A stretch of DNA of 32,000 nt from Allobaculum fili (GTDB taxonomy: Bacteria; Bacillota_I; Bacilli_A; Erysipelotrichales; Erysipelotrichaceae), in NCBI RefSeq assembly GCF_020969955.1, contig NZ_JAHDSX010000006.1, forward strand, positions 30,001 to 62,000, read 5' to 3'. The notes beneath the pieces were generated by a model. That model was not told where the DNA came from and made no database searches. It worked only from the letters and a program-made list of their open reading frames with translations. Positions 8,567 to 18,964 of this stretch are shown piece by piece (position 1 is the first letter of the stretch; the number at the start of each line of letters is the position of its first letter). A program made the position numbers and the translations under genes.

Positions 8567-9158
8567 AAGAATAGCAAATTCAAAGGCGATTTGGCAACTG
8601 AATTGTTTATCAATCTCCTAGGACCAGACGCTGGCTGGGCGTGACGATCTGCCGGATGCCGCCAGGTTTTAAGGACAGCCCTTTGGCTTCCGGGCGGCAA
8701 GTTTGATCCTCTGAAAATACGTTTGAAATTCCTTTCTTTGTTTGAAGCGGGAGTAAGCCTGACGCGATCGGAAATTCAGATTTCACGTGAAATTCGTCTG
8801 GGGGCTTTCCGGATCTGAGGATTATCTCGAATCCTTCCAAAAAGGAAATACCGGCAATCCAGCGGTAGAGAATAAACAATTCCGATCAAAGGAATCCGTG
8901 ATTCACCGCACATACGAGACAATAGAAATAGACAATTTCAATGACGACAACCGATTGACCGCAAATGGGCAAGCCGAATGAAGGCAGCGGGAAATCCGGT
9001 CACCGTCATTTTCTGGCAATCTGAATTTCTGATCGAAGAAGGCGGCAAACGCAGATCCCCAAGCCGTAAGAGACAATCCAGTCCGAACGCGGATCTGAGC
9101 GCACCCATTTCGACACGAAGGAAAAGAAGAAAAAAGAAACTGAAGAAAGGGAACACCC

Positions 9159-9914
9159 ATGGTAAACAAACTGAAGCATGTCCTGCTGATCGCAGCCGCC
9201 GCGCTCGTTCTGGGCGCCTGCTCGAATCTGATCAGCGTGATTCATCTGAACGTGGAAGACGGACAGAATATGATCACCGGTCAGACGGTTCTGATCGATT
9301 ACCAGACGGAACCGATCCAGACCCGGATCGATCCGAACGCCGTCCAGATCTCCGGCGGAGAATCCTGGATCGAAGATGGAAAACTGAAATTCCAGGCAAT
9401 GAAACCGGGAACGTATACGATCTCTGTTACGCAAAACGGAGTCACCTCCAATACCGTCACGGTCGACATCAAGGCATCTCCACTGGCTGATGCGTCTTCG
9501 TCTCACGACGATTCCAAAGACTCGTCCGCGCAGGATCAATCGTCGGAAAACTCGTCTTCTTCATCCGAAGACGATCCGCTTGCGGATGCTAAAGCCACCG
9601 TTCAGGACCATATTATTTCGGTGGATCAGGCGTGGGAAGACGCAGATTCTCTGGCAGGATCGGGCAAGCTCATCACCGTCGACGGCAAGCTTCCGCAGTC
9701 GACCATTCAGGATAAAGCGGGAAATAATGTCGTCGTGTTGTGGAATTCCGACATCAGCAAATACATCATTCTGGAAGGCTTCCCGATTCCTTTTGGCAAC
9801 TGCGACGCCAATGTAACCGGACGGCTGCGTCGAAATGATAACGGTGAACTGGTGATGGATATGACGTACGTCGAAGCGACGAACATGGAGCCCTCTGCCA
9901 CTCCAGCCCAGTAA
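9159..9914 (+). CDS. Putative lipoprotein with an Ig-like N-terminal domain and a Ser/Asp-rich linker
   Basis: Signal peptide with lipobox LVLGAC (MVNKLKHVLLIAAAALVLGACSN). A beta-rich segment (GTYTISVTQNGVTSNTVTVDI) resembles bacterial Ig-like folds. An acidic S/D linker follows. RBS AAAGGGAA. Confidence 0.7.
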   Translation: MVNKLKHVLLIAAAALVLGACSNLISVIHLNVEDGQNMITGQTVLIDYQTEPIQTRIDPNAVQISGGESWIEDGKLKFQAMKPGTYTISVTQNGVTSNTVTVDIKASPLADASSSHDDSKDSSAQDQSSENSSSSSEDDPLADAKATVQDHIISVDQAWEDADSLAGSGKLITVDGKLPQSTIQDKAGNNVVVLWNSDISKYIILEGFPIPFGNCDANVTGRLRRNDNGELVMDMTYVEATNMEPSATPAQ

Positions 9915-9952
9915 AATGGAGCTCGAAAATACGCATCTTCATTCTTGCTGTG

Positions 9953-9980
9953 CTCCGTATGGGGTACGGCTTTTCTTTTT
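9953..9980 (+). terminator. Intrinsic terminator after the lipoprotein gene
   Basis: CCGTA-TGGGG-TACGG hairpin (9955-9969) followed by CTTTTCTTTTT. Confidence 0.55.
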
Positions 9981-9998
9981 GAACCGGCACCTGAAAAT

Positions 9999-10024
9999 GA
10001 AAAAAAATCCTTCTTTCGAAGGAT
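9999..10024 (-). terminator. Intrinsic terminator of serS
   Basis: ATCCTTC (10007-10013) pairs with GAAGGAT (10018-10024) around a 4-nt loop, directly after the serS stop. The A-run at 9999-10007 gives a U-run on the minus strand. Confidence 0.7.
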
Positions 10025-10031
10025 TTCAAAT

Positions 10032-11327
10032 TTATTTCTTTTTGTTTGGAACGAGTACTTTCTTGCCACCCATGTAAGGCTGCAGAGCCTCTGGAATGAG
10101 GACAGTTCCGTCTTCCTGCAGATTGTTTTCCAGGAAGGCGATCAGCATACGCGGAGGCGCTACGCAAGTGTTGTTCAGCGTATGGGCGAAGTACTTCTTG
10201 CCGTTTTCGTCTTTGACACGGATTTTCAGTCGACGAGCCTGCGCATCAGTGAGGTTGGAGCAGGAGCCGACTTCGAAGTATTTCTTCTGGCGCGGAGACC
10301 AGGCTTCAACGTCTACGGATTTGCATTTCAGATCCGCGAGGTCGCCGGAGCAGCATTCAAGCGTACGTACGGGAATGTCGAGCGTACGGAAGAAATCTAC
10401 GGTGTTCATGTACAGGCGAACGAACCAGTCAGCCGATTCTTCCGGTTTGCAGACGATGATCATTTCCTGTTTTTCGAACTGGTGAATACGGTATACGCCG
10501 CGCTCTTCAATACCGTGCGCGCCTTTTTCCTTACGGAAGCAAGGGGAGTAGGAAGTGAGCGTATAAGGCAGTTCTTTCTCGTCGATGATCTGGTCGATGA
10601 AGCGGCCGATCATGGAGTGTTCGGAAGTTCCGATCAGATACAGATCTTCGCCTTCAATCTTGTACATCATACCGTCCATTTCAGCAAAGGACATAACGCC
10701 GGTTACGACGTTGGAACGAATCATGTAAGGCGGGATGACATACGTAAATCCGCGGTCGATCATGAAGTCGCGGGCATAAGAGAGGATAGCGGAATGGAGT
10801 CTGGCAATATCGCCAACCAGATAATAGAAACCGTTGCCAGCTACACGGCGTGCAGCATCGAGGTCAATTCCCCCAAAAGATTCCATGATGTCGGTATGGT
10901 AGGGGATTTCGTAATCCGGTACAACCGGTTCACCGAAGCGTTCGAGTTCAACGTTTTCACTGTCGTCCTTACCAATTGGGACAGTGGGATCAATCATATT
11001 TGGAATCTGCATCATGGCGTCGGTAACGGCCTGGCGCAGTTCTTCTTCTTTTTTGGACAGTTCTTCAATCTGATCGCCAAGTGCTGCCGTTTCGAGTTTT
11101 GCAGCTTCGGCTTCTTCTTTCTTGCCCTGTCCCATCAGCATGCCGATCTTCTTCGAATTGCTTTTGCGCTTCGAGCGAAGTTCGTCAGCCTGCTGCTGCG
11201 TCCGACGCAATGCTGCGTCGTTGCAGATCACTTCATCTACAAGATGCAGTTTATGATGCTGAAATTTCTTTTCCATGTTCTCTTTAACGAGATCCGGGTT
11301 TTCACGGACAAATTTCAAGTCAAGCAT
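10032..11327 (-). CDS. serS: Seryl-tRNA synthetase
   Basis: 431 aa. N-terminal coiled-coil arm (MLDLKFVRENPDLVKENMEKK...) and class II core motifs (FRKEKGAHG..., GSCSNLTDAQARRL). Typical length. Confidence 0.95.
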   Translation of the reverse strand: MLDLKFVRENPDLVKENMEKKFQHHKLHLVDEVICNDAALRRTQQQADELRSKRKSNSKKIGMLMGQGKKEEAEAAKLETAALGDQIEELSKKEEELRQAVTDAMMQIPNMIDPTVPIGKDDSENVELERFGEPVVPDYEIPYHTDIMESFGGIDLDAARRVAGNGFYYLVGDIARLHSAILSYARDFMIDRGFTYVIPPYMIRSNVVTGVMSFAEMDGMMYKIEGEDLYLIGTSEHSMIGRFIDQIIDEKELPYTLTSYSPCFRKEKGAHGIEERGVYRIHQFEKQEMIIVCKPEESADWFVRLYMNTVDFFRTLDIPVRTLECCSGDLADLKCKSVDVEAWSPRQKKYFEVGSCSNLTDAQARRLKIRVKDENGKKYFAHTLNNTCVAPPRMLIAFLENNLQEDGTVLIPEALQPYMGGKKVLVPNKKK

Positions 11328-11492
11328 TCAGGATTCTCCTTTTCATATCTTCATTACGATATCACGCCAAAATATCTCATTCAAACATCCCTCTTTTTCC
11401 ACAGGCTCTAAACATCAAATCCGCGAAAAAGACAGCGGAAACAAACCAGAGCGGGCCGTAGAAATCCTAAGACAAAAGGGAAATCCAAACGG

Positions 11493-11516
11493 AAAAAATC
11501 CGCAGGACTGCCTGGG
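11493..11516 (-). terminator. Terminator-like hairpin about 170 nt upstream of the serS start (leader attenuator or 3' end of an sRNA)
   Basis: Minus strand reads CCCAGGCAGUCCUGCGG followed by AUUUUUU. It is preceded by a second long hairpin (CTGTAT..TTTCG-GGA-CGAAA..ATACAG, about 11536-11565). Confidence 0.45.
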
Positions 11517-12480
11517 CTGTTTTGCAAAGTCTGTATGGTTTCGTCCCGAAAAATACAGTCCAGATTCAGGCGATATAATCGTGCAGAATCGCTAGATCCA
11601 GCCGTTCAAAAACAGGACATCTTTTCCAAGAACAGCACTTAGAAAAGAGTCTCTAAAACATCTTTCGACTCGGGTGTCATCCGATCGGTCTGATCCCCGA
11701 CGGGTATCCTCGCCTTCGTTCGAACAGAAAACCGCCAGCTGTTTGCACGGAGGAAAAGGGGATGAAGCGATCGGTCCGATTCAGAATCCAGCAGCTGCTC
11801 CAGAACCGCCAGATCATTCAGCCCGGATTTCCTGACAGGAATGAACAGACGAATGAAGACAGACAGAACAGGCAGAGAGGAAAGCTCCAAATACGACAAA
11901 GGCAAACACAAAGTCAGGAAAGAAGCTTGCCCAAACAAACCGAATTGCAGATTTTTCCCTGCTGGATCCGATTTCTGTCCTTCCTATGGCTGGTCAGAGA
12001 TCGAACAGTCCAGCCTCCTTCCAAAGACGGATATGGGCTCAAAATAGCCATTAAGTTTCAGTACGGCGAATGTTATAGGCTGTTTAGATCGGAATTCCGA
12101 TATTTTGATCGGAATCGCATACGAATTTTCCGATATTGGATCGAGGATCAGCTTTTTAGAAATCGGAATACGATTTTCTATTCCTATCGTCTTTTCTTAT
12201 TCCTATAGGATAGGTAAAGGAAATCTTCGCTGCTTCTGATTAAGAGACCCAGATCTTCCAGACACCGATTTTGAAAAAAGGGAAAATCAGACGCTTCTCC
12301 TCTCCCATTTCTGAAGCAGGAAACTTTTCCGATTTTCCCAGTCTCTTCTGGAGCTGAGCGATCCAAATTGGGGAATCCTTTTCGTATTAATGCGATCTGC
12401 TTACCGGATTTAGAGGAAAACTGGATCGAAAAACGGACAGCCATCTAATGAAAAAACGATCCATGCCTTTTCGCTGGCAG

Positions 12481-12525
12481 AAAAAAATCCGATATCCTGC
12501 GCCCTCAAAAGACTGGATATCGGAT
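12481..12525 (-). terminator. Intrinsic terminator of gyrA
   Basis: 11-bp stem ATCCGATATCC (12487-12497) / GGATATCGGAT (12515-12525). The A7 run at 12481-12487 gives a U-run on the minus strand. Lies about 70 nt after the gyrA stop. Confidence 0.8.
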
Positions 12526-12593
12526 TTCATTTTCTTCATTCAGGAATTCAGATCCATCTGCCTATTTCTGAAAATCAGATTTCAGAAGCGGGA

Positions 12594-15242
12594 TCAGACC
12601 GTTTCTGGTTCCTTGCCTGCTGCGTCTTCTGATGCCGATTCCGATTCGTTTTCTGGAAGCGGGCTTCCGTCTTCCGTGGTCTTGTAATCGAAATCGCCGA
12701 CCGGCTGATTCAGCTCATCCAGAACGTAGTTGTTCTCGTTGTCATCCTCTTCTTCCTGGTGCCCGGTGAAGGTCATGCGGTTAACCTTATCGTTTTCCGA
12801 AAGACGGATGATATGAACGCCCTTGGTGTTGCGTCCCTGAATTTTGATGTTGTGCAGATGAACACGAATCATCTGGCCGTAGTCTGTTACGATCATCGCA
12901 TCTTCGTTTCCGTTAACGGCCTTGAAGGCGATGACGTTGCCCGTAGCCGGGCTGATAGAAAGCGTCTTAACTCCTTTTGTACCGCGGTTGGTCAGTCGGT
13001 ATTCATCCACCGGTGAACGCTTGCCGAATCCGTTTTCGGAAAGGACAAGAATCGTATCGCCTTCGCTGGCGAGCGTAGCGCCAATGACATGACCGCCTTC
13101 GAGATTGATGCCTCGAACGCCGGCGGCTGTACGTCCCATCAGACGAACGGTTTCTTCAGGGAAGCGAACCGCGTAGCCGGTATCGCCGGCGATCAGAATT
13201 TCATCATCGCCATGGGTCGGCAGGATGTAGGCAAGGGAGTCGCCCTCGTTGAGGGTGATCGCAATTTTACCGGTACGGTTGATGTTCTTGAATTCGGCTA
13301 CCGGAGTCCGCTTAACGATACCCTGGCGGGTGACGAACAGAAGGTTCTTCGCGGTGTGTTCCTGATCATACGGCAGGATCGCCTGAACCTGTTCGCCGTC
13401 CTGAAGCTGGATGAAGTTTACGATCGGCGTGCCCTTGGCGGTTCTCGAACTCATCGGGAACTGGAAGCCGCGCATACGGTAAACGCGTCCGGCGTTGGTG
13501 AAGAACAGAACGTAGTCATGGTTGGACATGGTCGCCATGAAATCGATCGTGTCTTCGTCGTTGAGCGAAATCGAGCGGATACCCTTACCGCCGCGCAGCT
13601 GGGTATGGTAGTTCGAAATGGCGGTTGCCTTGATGTAGCCGGAATGGGTCAGCGTCATCAGGATGTCTTCCTGCGGAATCAGATCTTCGTCGATCACATC
13701 AAAGCTGCCTTCGAGAATTTCCGTGCGGCGTTCATCGCCGTACTTGGCTTCGATATCGTCGAGGTTGCTGCGAATGATATCGAGAACGCGGGAGTGGTTG
13801 GCCAGGATATCCTTGAAGTCCGCGATTGCGGCCAGCAGCTGTTCGTATTCGTTTTCAATCTTCTCGCGTTCCAGTCCGGACAGACGGCGAATCTGCATGG
13901 CGAGGATCGCCTTGGACTGCAGATCGTCCAGACCGAACTGCGCGTTCATATCTTCAATCAGACCGGCTTCTTCCTTGTGGGAGGAACGGATCAGGTTGAT
14001 CAGTTCATCGAGATGGTCGAGCGCAATACGCAGACCTTCGACAATGTGCAGACGCTCCTGCGCTTTCTTCAGGTCGAAACGGGTCCGACGGACGATGACA
14101 TCCGTCTGATGCTTGACGTAGTCAATGATCATCTCGCGGATCGTCAGCTGTTTTGGTCTTCCGTTTTCAAGCGCCAGCATGTTGATGCCAAACGTAGACT
14201 GCAATGGCGTTTCTCGGAACATCTGGTTGATGACAACATCTTCCTGAACGTCCTTTTTCAGATCCATGACGATACGGATACCTTCACGGTTGGATTCATC
14301 GTTCAGATAGGTAACGCCCTGGACTTTCTTTTCGCGGATGACCTGCGCCATCTTCTCGTACAGCTTCATCTTGTTGATGCCGTATGGAATTTCGTAGTAG
14401 ATGACACGCTTCTTGCCGTTGGGCAGATCTTCGATGCGGTACTTCGAACGGATCGTGATCGAGCCGCGTCCGGTTTCATACGCTTCGCGAATGCCTTTGC
14501 GGCCAAGAATGATGCCGCCGGTCGGGAAGTCCGGTCCGGGCAGATATTCCATCAGTTCCGGTACGGAAATTTCCGGATCGTCCATGACCGCCTTAATGGC
14601 GCGGACGACTTCGGTGAGGTTGTGCGTCGGAATGTTGGTGGCCATGCCGACCGCAATACCGACTGCACCGTTGAGCAGCAGGTTCGGAATGCGGGACGGC
14701 AGAACCGTCGGTTCTTTACCGTCGCCGTCATACGTTTCAATGAAGTCGACGGTTTCCTTGTTCAGATCCGCAACCATTTCAGTTGAAATCTTGGACATGC
14801 GGGCTTCGGTGTATCGCATAGCCGCAGCGCCGTCGCCGTCCAGGGAACCGAAGTTTCCGTGACCGTCAACGAGCGGGTAGCGATAAGAGAAGTCCTGCGC
14901 CATGCGGACCATGGCGTCATAAACGGCGGTATCGCCGTGCGGGTGGTATTTACCAATAACATCACCGACGATACGGGCACTTTTCTTGTGGGCGCTGCCC
15001 GGGGTAATGCCCAGGGTTGCCAGCGCATAGAGAATCCGGCGGTGAACCGGCTTCATGCCGTCGCGTACATCCGGCAAAGCGCGCTGTACGATAACCGACA
15101 TGGAGTAGTCCAGAAACGAATCTTTCATCTCTTTCGAGATTTCAATATCTTCAATCGCGTCCCTGGCTTTCTGGCTTTCCTCATCAGAAAAGGAATCGTC
15201 CAGAATATCTTCTTCGGGAGTTTTATTTGCGTTATCTTCCAT
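12594..15242 (-). CDS. gyrA: DNA gyrase subunit A
   Basis: 882 aa. Conserved ...[25 protein letters not shown]..., HPHGD and the active-site region AAMRYTE. C-terminal beta-pinwheel repeats. Acidic N- and C-terminal tails. Confidence 0.97.
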   Translation of the reverse strand: MEDNANKTPEEDILDDSFSDEESQKARDAIEDIEISKEMKDSFLDYSMSVIVQRALPDVRDGMKPVHRRILYALATLGITPGSAHKKSARIVGDVIGKYHPHGDTAVYDAMVRMAQDFSYRYPLVDGHGNFGSLDGDGAAAMRYTEARMSKISTEMVADLNKETVDFIETYDGDGKEPTVLPSRIPNLLLNGAVGIAVGMATNIPTHNLTEVVRAIKAVMDDPEISVPELMEYLPGPDFPTGGIILGRKGIREAYETGRGSITIRSKYRIEDLPNGKKRVIYYEIPYGINKMKLYEKMAQVIREKKVQGVTYLNDESNREGIRIVMDLKKDVQEDVVINQMFRETPLQSTFGINMLALENGRPKQLTIREMIIDYVKHQTDVIVRRTRFDLKKAQERLHIVEGLRIALDHLDELINLIRSSHKEEAGLIEDMNAQFGLDDLQSKAILAMQIRRLSGLEREKIENEYEQLLAAIADFKDILANHSRVLDIIRSNLDDIEAKYGDERRTEILEGSFDVIDEDLIPQEDILMTLTHSGYIKATAISNYHTQLRGGKGIRSISLNDEDTIDFMATMSNHDYVLFFTNAGRVYRMRGFQFPMSSRTAKGTPIVNFIQLQDGEQVQAILPYDQEHTAKNLLFVTRQGIVKRTPVAEFKNINRTGKIAITLNEGDSLAYILPTHGDDEILIAGDTGYAVRFPEETVRLMGRTAAGVRGINLEGGHVIGATLASEGDTILVLSENGFGKRSPVDEYRLTNRGTKGVKTLSISPATGNVIAFKAVNGNEDAMIVTDYGQMIRVHLHNIKIQGRNTKGVHIIRLSENDKVNRMTFTGHQEEEDDNENNYVLDELNQPVGDFDYKTTEDGSPLPENESESASEDAAGKEPETV

Positions 15243-15268
15243 AAATGGATATTTCCTTTATTTCCTTT

Positions 15269-17245
15269 CTAGAGATCCAGAGTCGCGTATTCCGCATTGT
15301 TCTGAATAAATTCTTTACGGGGTTCGACGTCTTCGCCCATGAGCATGGCAAAGGTATCGTCCGCCATCATCGCGTCTTCAATCGTGACACGCTTGAGGAT
15401 ACGGCGTTCCGGGTCCATAGTCGTTTCCCAGAGCTGTTCGGCATCCATTTCACCAAGACCCTTATAGCGCTGTACTTTGTAGCCGTCCTTGTACTCGGCA
15501 CGCAGAGCATCCATTTCCTGTTCCTTGTAGGCGTAGTCCATGCGCTTGCCTTTCTGAATCTTGTACAGAGGCGGCTGGGCAAGATAGACGTAGCCGTGTT
15601 CAATAACTGGCTTCATGAAGCGGTAGAGGAACGTCAGCATGAGGGTGGCGATGTGCGAACCGTCGACATCGGCATCGGTCATGATGATGATCTTGTGATA
15701 GCGAAGCTTGGAGAGGTCCGTATTTTCCTTAAATCCGCATCCGAACGCCGTGATCATCGAGTTGATTTCCGCGTTGGCGAAAATCCGGTTTTCTCTGGCT
15801 TTTTCCACGTTGAGGATTTTTCCGCGCAGCGGCAGGATGGCCTGGGTACGGGCATTTCGGCCCATCTTGGCCGAGCCGCCGGCAGAGTTACCTTCGACGA
15901 TAAAGATTTCGCATTCACTCGCATCGCGGCTCGAGCAGTCCATCAGCTTTCCAGGAAGGGAAGTGATGCCGTCGAGTCCCGATTTGCGCTGTACGGCTTC
16001 ACGGGCCTTGGCTGCCGCAATGCGCGCGCGGCCGGCTGTGAGACCTTTTTCAACGATCGCCTTGGCTTCGGTCGGGTTTTCCATCAGGAAGCGGTAAAGA
16101 GCGTCGCCGAAAATGCTGGAAACGATTTTGCGGACTTCGCTGTTTCCGAGCTTCGTCTTCGTCTGTCCTTCGAACTGCGGGTCCGGATGCTTGATCGAAA
16201 TGATCGCTGCCAGACCTTCCTTGACATCGTCCTGCGTGAGGGATTCGTCTTTTTTCAGAAGGTTGTTTTCCCGCCCGTACTTGTTCAGAACACGGGTCAG
16301 GGCCAGACGGAAGCCGTCTTCATGGAAGCCGCCTTCAGGGGTATTGATGTTGTTGACGAAGGAGTAAATCTGGTTCTGGTAATCCCGGTTGTACTGCACC
16401 GCGACTTCGACCAGAATGTGGTCCTGTCCGCCCTCGGCGTAAATTACCTTGTCGGAGATGACTTCCTTGCCTTTGTTCAGATGGCGGACATATTCGATAA
16501 TGCCGCCTTCGTACTGATACTCCTTGCAGACAGGATGTTCGCCGCGCTCGTCGCAGAGAGTCATTTTCAGATCCTTGTTCAGATAGGCGAGCTGACGAAT
16601 ACGGGAATCGAGCACATCGAAATTGAACTCAGTCGTTTCGGTAAAGATTTTCGGATCCGGTTTGAAGCGTACGGTCGTACCGGTACGCTCGGTCGTTCCG
16701 ATCTGCTTGAGCGGCGCAACGGTATGGCCGCCGTTTTCAAAGCGGATGTAGTAGCGTTTGCCGTCCTGGTCAACGGTGACTTCGAGCCACTCGGAAAGGG
16801 CGTTTACAACGGAAGCACCGACACCGTGCAGACCGCCGGAAACTTTATAGGCGCCGCCGCCGAATTTTCCGCCGGCGTGCAGTACGGTCATAATGGTTTC
16901 TACCGCACTGATTTTTGTTTTCTGGTGAATGCCTACCGGCATGCCTCGTCCGTTATCCCGAACGAGAATGGAATTGTCTTTTTCAATGACAACATCAATC
17001 TGGCTGGCGTAGCCGGCCAGGGATTCGTCAATGCCGTTATCGACAATTTCCCAGACGAGATGATGAAGACCTCGCGAAGACGTTGAGCCGATATACATGC
17101 CAGGACGCAGACGAACCGCTTCCAGACCTTCCAGAACCTGGATATCGTTGGCGGTATAGGCATGATCGACATGAATTGCTTCATCTTCAAGCTTGTCGAA
17201 CTCAAGAACAGAAGCCTCGAGCGACTTGTTTTCAGTTTCAGACAT
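15269..17245 (-). CDS. gyrB: DNA gyrase subunit B
   Basis: GHKL ATPase motifs ([22 protein letters not shown]) and Toprim ([38 protein letters not shown]). I prefer ATG 17245, which has GGAGGG 8 nt upstream, over the TTG at 17248 used by the track. Confidence 0.97.
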   Translation of the reverse strand: MSETENKSLEASVLEFDKLEDEAIHVDHAYTANDIQVLEGLEAVRLRPGMYIGSTSSRGLHHLVWEIVDNGIDESLAGYASQIDVVIEKDNSILVRDNGRGMPVGIHQKTKISAVETIMTVLHAGGKFGGGAYKVSGGLHGVGASVVNALSEWLEVTVDQDGKRYYIRFENGGHTVAPLKQIGTTERTGTTVRFKPDPKIFTETTEFNFDVLDSRIRQLAYLNKDLKMTLCDERGEHPVCKEYQYEGGIIEYVRHLNKGKEVISDKVIYAEGGQDHILVEVAVQYNRDYQNQIYSFVNNINTPEGGFHEDGFRLALTRVLNKYGRENNLLKKDESLTQDDVKEGLAAIISIKHPDPQFEGQTKTKLGNSEVRKIVSSIFGDALYRFLMENPTEAKAIVEKGLTAGRARIAAAKAREAVQRKSGLDGITSLPGKLMDCSSRDASECEIFIVEGNSAGGSAKMGRNARTQAILPLRGKILNVEKARENRIFANAEINSMITAFGCGFKENTDLSKLRYHKIIIMTDADVDGSHIATLMLTFLYRFMKPVIEHGYVYLAQPPLYKIQKGKRMDYAYKEQEMDALRAEYKDGYKVQRYKGLGEMDAEQLWETTMDPERRILKRVTIEDAMMADDTFAMLMGEDVEPRKEFIQNNAEYATLDL

Positions 17246-18338
17246 CAAATATTCCCTCCTTCATCTTGCCGTGATCAACTGTATAAAACTTGACCGGCCG
17301 CTTGAACCAGCCTGGGGAGACGGGTTCGGCCGTGGTAATAAAAATCTGAATTTCTTCCGGAAAAGAGGCGATGAGCCCCTGCCGGCGAGATTCGTCGAGC
17401 TCCGAAAATACATCATCGAGAAGCAGGACGGGGTTCTGTCCGGTCTTTTCCCGGATCACCTGACAAAGTCCGATTTTCAGCGCCAGCATGACCGATCGTT
17501 TCTGGCCCTGGCTGGCGGTCTGCGTAATCAGCTTTCCGTTAAGATAAAATTCAAGATCATCCTTGTGGATGCCCGCGGACGTTGTTTTCATGCGGCGATC
17601 CCGCTCAAGCGTCGAGTCATAAATCTGCCTGAGCTGTTCGCGGATATCCTGATCGGGATCCACACAGGTTTTGTAGCGAATGCTGAGCTGTTCCTTCCCC
17701 TGCGAAAAACGAGGAAAGATTTCAGAGGCTTTCTGTTCCAGAAGCGTGATAAAGGCGCGCCGCTGCACAATGAGCACGGCCTGCGCCTCAATCATCTGGG
17801 CTGTCACGGTCGACAGCAGAATTTCATCGGGTTTCCACGATTTAAGAATCGCGGAACGTTCCTTGAGCAGTTTCTGAAACTGGGAAAGAAGCGACGTGTA
17901 GGAACGGGAAAGCTTCACCAGTTCCATATCGATCATTTTTCTTCTTTCCTTTGGCGAATCTGAAAAAAGGGTCAGATCGTCCGGTGAAAAGAGAACCGCA
18001 TTGAGAATGCCGACAAACTCCGAAAAAGAGCGGACCGGCTTGTCATTGCGGTACAGAAATTTTTTCCCCTGTGAAAACACCGTTTTCAGCTTTTCGAGGC
18101 GGCCTTTGTTTTCGATGGTTCCTTCGAGCACAAATGAATCCTGGCTGTGCCGGATTAAGGACGGTGTCTTTGATGTTCGCCACGAGCGCAGGTGGCTTAA
18201 AAAGTAAATGGATTCGAGAAGATTGGTTTTTCCCTGCGCGTTTTTTCCCCAAAAGATATGAATCGTATCCGGATCAAAAGAAAAAGAAGCCGTTTCGAAG
18301 TTTCTGTAGTCAGAAAGCTTCAGCTTCTGTATGTTCAT
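17238..18338 (-). CDS. recF: DNA replication and repair protein RecF
   Basis: 366 aa. Walker [16 protein letters not shown] signature-like SQGQKRS and Walker [12 protein letters not shown]. The start overlaps the upstream S4 gene stop (ATGA). The 3' end overlaps the gyrB start. Confidence 0.95.
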   Translation of the reverse strand: MNIQKLKLSDYRNFETASFSFDPDTIHIFWGKNAQGKTNLLESIYFLSHLRSWRTSKTPSLIRHSQDSFVLEGTIENKGRLEKLKTVFSQGKKFLYRNDKPVRSFSEFVGILNAVLFSPDDLTLFSDSPKERRKMIDMELVKLSRSYTSLLSQFQKLLKERSAILKSWKPDEILLSTVTAQMIEAQAVLIVQRRAFITLLEQKASEIFPRFSQGKEQLSIRYKTCVDPDQDIREQLRQIYDSTLERDRRMKTTSAGIHKDDLEFYLNGKLITQTASQGQKRSVMLALKIGLCQVIREKTGQNPVLLLDDVFSELDESRRQGLIASFPEEIQIFITTAEPVSPGWFKRPVKFYTVDHGKMKEGIFDV

Positions 18339-18538
18339 TCAATCTCAATCCGAATATTGCCGGTTTCTACGACATCACCCGAACGAAGCTTCTTTCCGCG
18401 TCGGTTTTCTGGCTCTGCGTTTACGAGCACTTCGTTCTGTGCCAGCCACGCTTTGATCTGCCCGCCGGAGTCAATGACATTGCAGGCTTTCAGCAGCTGC
18501 TGGAGGGTAATATATTCATCTTTCAGGTTAAACTTCAT
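18335..18538 (-). CDS. yaaA: S4-like RNA-binding protein (YaaA family)
   Basis: 67 aa (MKFNLKDEYITLQQLLK...NRRGKKLRSGDVV). The position between dnaN and recF is conserved in Bacillota. GTGAGG RBS. Confidence 0.85.
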   Translation of the reverse strand: MKFNLKDEYITLQQLLKACNVIDSGGQIKAWLAQNEVLVNAEPENRRGKKLRSGDVVETGNIRIEIE

Positions 18539-18862
18539 ATTTGAACCTCACTTCAAGCTCAATTATATCAAAAAAAGCCTTTATTTTCCACAGGACAGAG
18601 ATCACCGCCGGAACATAGGGAAATACGATGAATCAAAAATTCAGCGTTACGGCCCTTTAAACGGCTTTTTTGAGAAAGAATCCTTCGCATGGGGCACATA
18701 TTGTGACTTTGAAGGGTGCAAATCGCTTCTCAAATTCGACAAGGCGGCGACGGGCCGCCTCGTTTTCTGGAAAAAGGCCTTTTCTAAGCCTTTTGAGCGC
18801 CTTCCAGGTCTGCATGCGAACGGATGACGTTCGGCTTAGCGGACGCTTTCGATTTTCCTGTG

Positions 18863-18914
18863 AAAAAAAAAAACGAGCCGGTGCTCTGCAGCATGCAGCA
18901 TCGGCTCGTTTTTT
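18863..18914. terminator. Bidirectional intrinsic terminator downstream of dnaN
   Basis: AAACGAGCCG (18871-18880) pairs with CGGCTCGTTT (18902-18911). Flanked by A11 (18863-18873) and a T-run (18909-18914). Confidence 0.75.
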
Positions 18915-18964
18915 GTATGGACAGAAATAAATCGTCGTATGAAAAATGCAGGAAACAGGAAACG

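Noticed and set aside
8800-8875. TPP-riboswitch-like strings (GGGGC...CTGAGG...CCAGCGGTAGAGAA, compared with thi-box CUGAGA...CCAGCGUAGGGAA).
   Set aside because: The ACCC segment needed to pair with GGGG after CUGAGA is missing. The sequence instead folds into simple local hairpins (GGATCTGAG/CTCGAATCC and CTTCC/GGAAG). The nearest downstream gene is about 300 nt away and encodes a lipoprotein unrelated to thiamine.
8957-9008. c-di-GMP-I (GEMM)-like string CGCAAATGGGCAAGCC and cobalamin-like GGGAAATCCGGTCACCG.
   Set aside because: Only one short segment resembles each consensus. The second GEMM hairpin (ACGCAAAGCC) and the B12 box are absent. This is not enough to call without a covariance model.
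11328-11760. Expected T-box leader of serS.
   Set aside because: No GGGTGGTACCGCG-like T-box core, AGAGA/GNUGGA stem-I elements or specifier-loop context could be found on the minus strand. The + strand string CTCGGGTGTCATCCG (about 11669) is only a loose resemblance and is on the wrong strand.
11875-11888. RNase P RNA-like CR-I string GAGAGGAAAGCTCC.
   Set aside because: The flanking sequence lacks the other conserved RNase P regions (for example ACAGAAnnCGGCTTA and AGGGTGAAA) and does not match the CR-I continuation GAGGAAAGTCCnnGC.
12561-12578. CodY-box-like sequence (ctATTTCTGAAAATc compared with AATTTTCWGAAAATT) and the palindrome CTGAAA-n-TTTCAG at the gyrA 3' end.
   Set aside because: It matches only 11 of 15 positions and lies at the end of a coding region rather than a promoter. 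It also overlaps the dispersed TCTGATTTT motif, which explains it more simply.
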